Source: an uncultured bacterium (GTDB taxonomy: Bacteria; Oederibacteriota; JAAXVQ01; JAUVAV01). From it: DNA of 64,000 bases. Positions 62,520 through 64,000 of the stretch are shown piece by piece. The translations under genes were made by a program, and so were the position numbers. The stretch is from assembly GCA_963710755.1 (NCBI GenBank), contig CAVQBK010000007.1, positions 1 through 64,000 of the forward strand, read 5' to 3'. The notes beneath the pieces were generated by a model that saw nothing but the letters and a program-made list of their open reading frames with translations, searched no databases and was not told the DNA's origin. How positions within the stretch are numbered: position 1 is the stretch's first letter; each line of letters opens with the position of its first letter.

Positions 62520-63887
62520 ATGGAAACGTTGGCGAAGAAAAAAGAGAATTTTACCAGCACCCGCAATGCCTGCAAGCTGTGCGCGCCCTTGGGGGCCAGC
62601 CTGGTTTTTCGGGGCCTGGAAAAATGCATTCCTCTGTTGCATGGCTCTCAAGGCTGCGCCACCTATATCCGGCGGTACATGATCAGCCATTTCAAGGAAC
62701 CCATTGATATTTCTTCTTCCAATTTTTCCGAGCAATCGGCCATTTTTGGCGGTGGCCAAAATTTAAAGCAGGCGCTTGAAAATGTGACCACCCAATACCA
62801 GCCCGATGTGATAGGCATTGCCTCCACCTGTCTGAGTGAAACCATCGGGGATGATGTGCCGGCCATTCTGAAATCTTTCATAGCCGACCATGCAGACCGG
62901 CCTCTGCCGGGGTTGGTTCAGGTGAGTACACCCAGTTACCAAGGCAGCCACCGGCAAGGGTATTATAAGGCCGTTCAAGCCGTGGTGAGGGACCTGACTG
63001 TAGCCGGCGGGCAAAAACAAAACGTGGTGAATGTGATTCCGGGCATGATGTCGCCCGAAGATCTTCGTTATTTGAAAAGCGTTTTCCAGGCCATGGAGCA
63101 AGCGCTGATCCTGCTGCCCGATTATTCGGAAACCCTCGACGGTCCCTCCTGGGATCATTACCAAGCCATTCCAGCGGGAGGCACACCCTTGGAAAAGATC
63201 AAAATCATGAGCGCCTCCAGGGCCACCGTGGAATTGGGCCTGGCTGAGTCCAAAGACAGTGCCGGTGCTTTTCTGGAAAGCGTTTTTGGCGTGCCCCATT
63301 ATCCTTTGGAGTGGCCCGTGGGGGTTAAAGCCAGCGACGTATTTTTTAAAACCCTGGAGCACCTGACCTCCAAACCAATAGCTCCATCCTTCCTGCAGGC
63401 ACGAGGGCGTTTGCTGGACAGTTATGCTGATGCTCATAAGCATACCTTCAATGTCAACACCGTGCTCTACGGGGAAGAGGATTTGGTGGTGGCCATGGCG
63501 GGGTTTGTCAGGGAGTTTGGATTAGTGCCCGTGTGCTGCGCTTCCGGGGAAGCGGGTGCTACCATGGAAGCACGGCTGCGCAAGCTTATCCCTGAGTATG
63601 ACGCCTTGGGCATTAAGACCATGGTCAACGCAGATTTTATAGAAATTGAAGAGTACAGCCGCAGCCGCCAGCCGGCCTTGATGATCGGCAATAGTAAAGG
63701 CTTCAAAACAGCCAAAGCGCTGGGGATTCCCTTGGTGCGGGTGGGATTCCCCATCCATGATCGTATCGGCGGCCAGCGGGTGCTGCATTTGGGTTATGAA
63801 GGCGCCCAACAGCTTTTCGACCGCATTGTCAACACCCTGATCGAACGAAAGCAGGAAGCTTCGGACATTGGGTATACCTATATGTAA
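62520..63887 (+). CDS. nifN: FeMo-cofactor scaffold NifN
   Basis: NACKLCAPLGA, HGSQGCATYIRRY, TCLSETIGDD, GFPIHDR. Confidence 0.93.
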   Translation: METLAKKKENFTSTRNACKLCAPLGASLVFRGLEKCIPLLHGSQGCATYIRRYMISHFKEPIDISSSNFSEQSAIFGGGQNLKQALENVTTQYQPDVIGIASTCLSETIGDDVPAILKSFIADHADRPLPGLVQVSTPSYQGSHRQGYYKAVQAVVRDLTVAGGQKQNVVNVIPGMMSPEDLRYLKSVFQAMEQALILLPDYSETLDGPSWDHYQAIPAGGTPLEKIKIMSASRATVELGLAESKDSAGAFLESVFGVPHYPLEWPVGVKASDVFFKTLEHLTSKPIAPSFLQARGRLLDSYADAHKHTFNVNTVLYGEEDLVVAMAGFVREFGLVPVCCASGEAGATMEARLRKLIPEYDALGIKTMVNADFIEIEEYSRSRQPALMIGNSKGFKTAKALGIPLVRVGFPIHDRIGGQRVLHLGYEGAQQLFDRIVNTLIERKQEASDIGYTYM

Positions 63888-63911
63888 GAGAATGAAAAGA
63901 GGTGACGGACG

Positions 63912-64000
63912 ATGAGCTTAGAATTGAAAAATCATCCTTGTTTTAATGAAACCGTCAGACACAGTGTGGGCCGGGTACATTTGCCGGTGGCGCCACGTTG
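63912..64000 (+). CDS. nifB: NifB radical SAM protein, N-terminal fragment
   Basis: Manual translation MSLELKNHPCFNETVRHSVGRVHLPVAPR; HPCF and HLPVAPRC are NifB hallmarks. Confidence 0.9.
   Translation, partial: MSLELKNHPCFNETVRHSVGRVHLPVAPR

Overview
Gene-dense chromosomal window of a moderate-GC, probably anaerobic, diderm bacterium. The left and middle parts carry housekeeping genes (tex, xerD, a DHH/CBS tRNA nucleotidyltransferase, mutY, nifU-nifS, PPi-PFK, eno, purC), signalling genes (MCP, two histidine kinases, three PilZ proteins), a trehalose locus and a metal-efflux/ArsR unit. The right ~25 kb is a nitrogen/sulfur region: a porin-amtB-glnK operon, Rrf2-cysK-metY-ThiI-like-ThiF, a second ThiF/HesA-like gene, nifA, and a Group II Mo-nitrogenase operon nifH-I1-I2-D-K-E-N-B (nifB runs off the window end). 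Three sigma-54 promoters (amt operon, nifA, nifH) each have upstream pairs of a TAC-N6-GTA-like palindrome about 30 bp apart, which suggests one autoregulated NifA regulon with a non-canonical operator. Two of these leaders contain 13-codon uORFs. Other oddities are a SIR2-fold protein lacking both catalytic residues right after nifS, several REP/MITE-like palindromes (one nested), an orphan DnaA-box triplet, and a GC-rich first ~700 bp fused mid-gene to host DNA (likely a chimera). No rRNA, tRNA, CRISPR array or intact transposase was seen. All calls come from reading motifs by eye; no searches were run.
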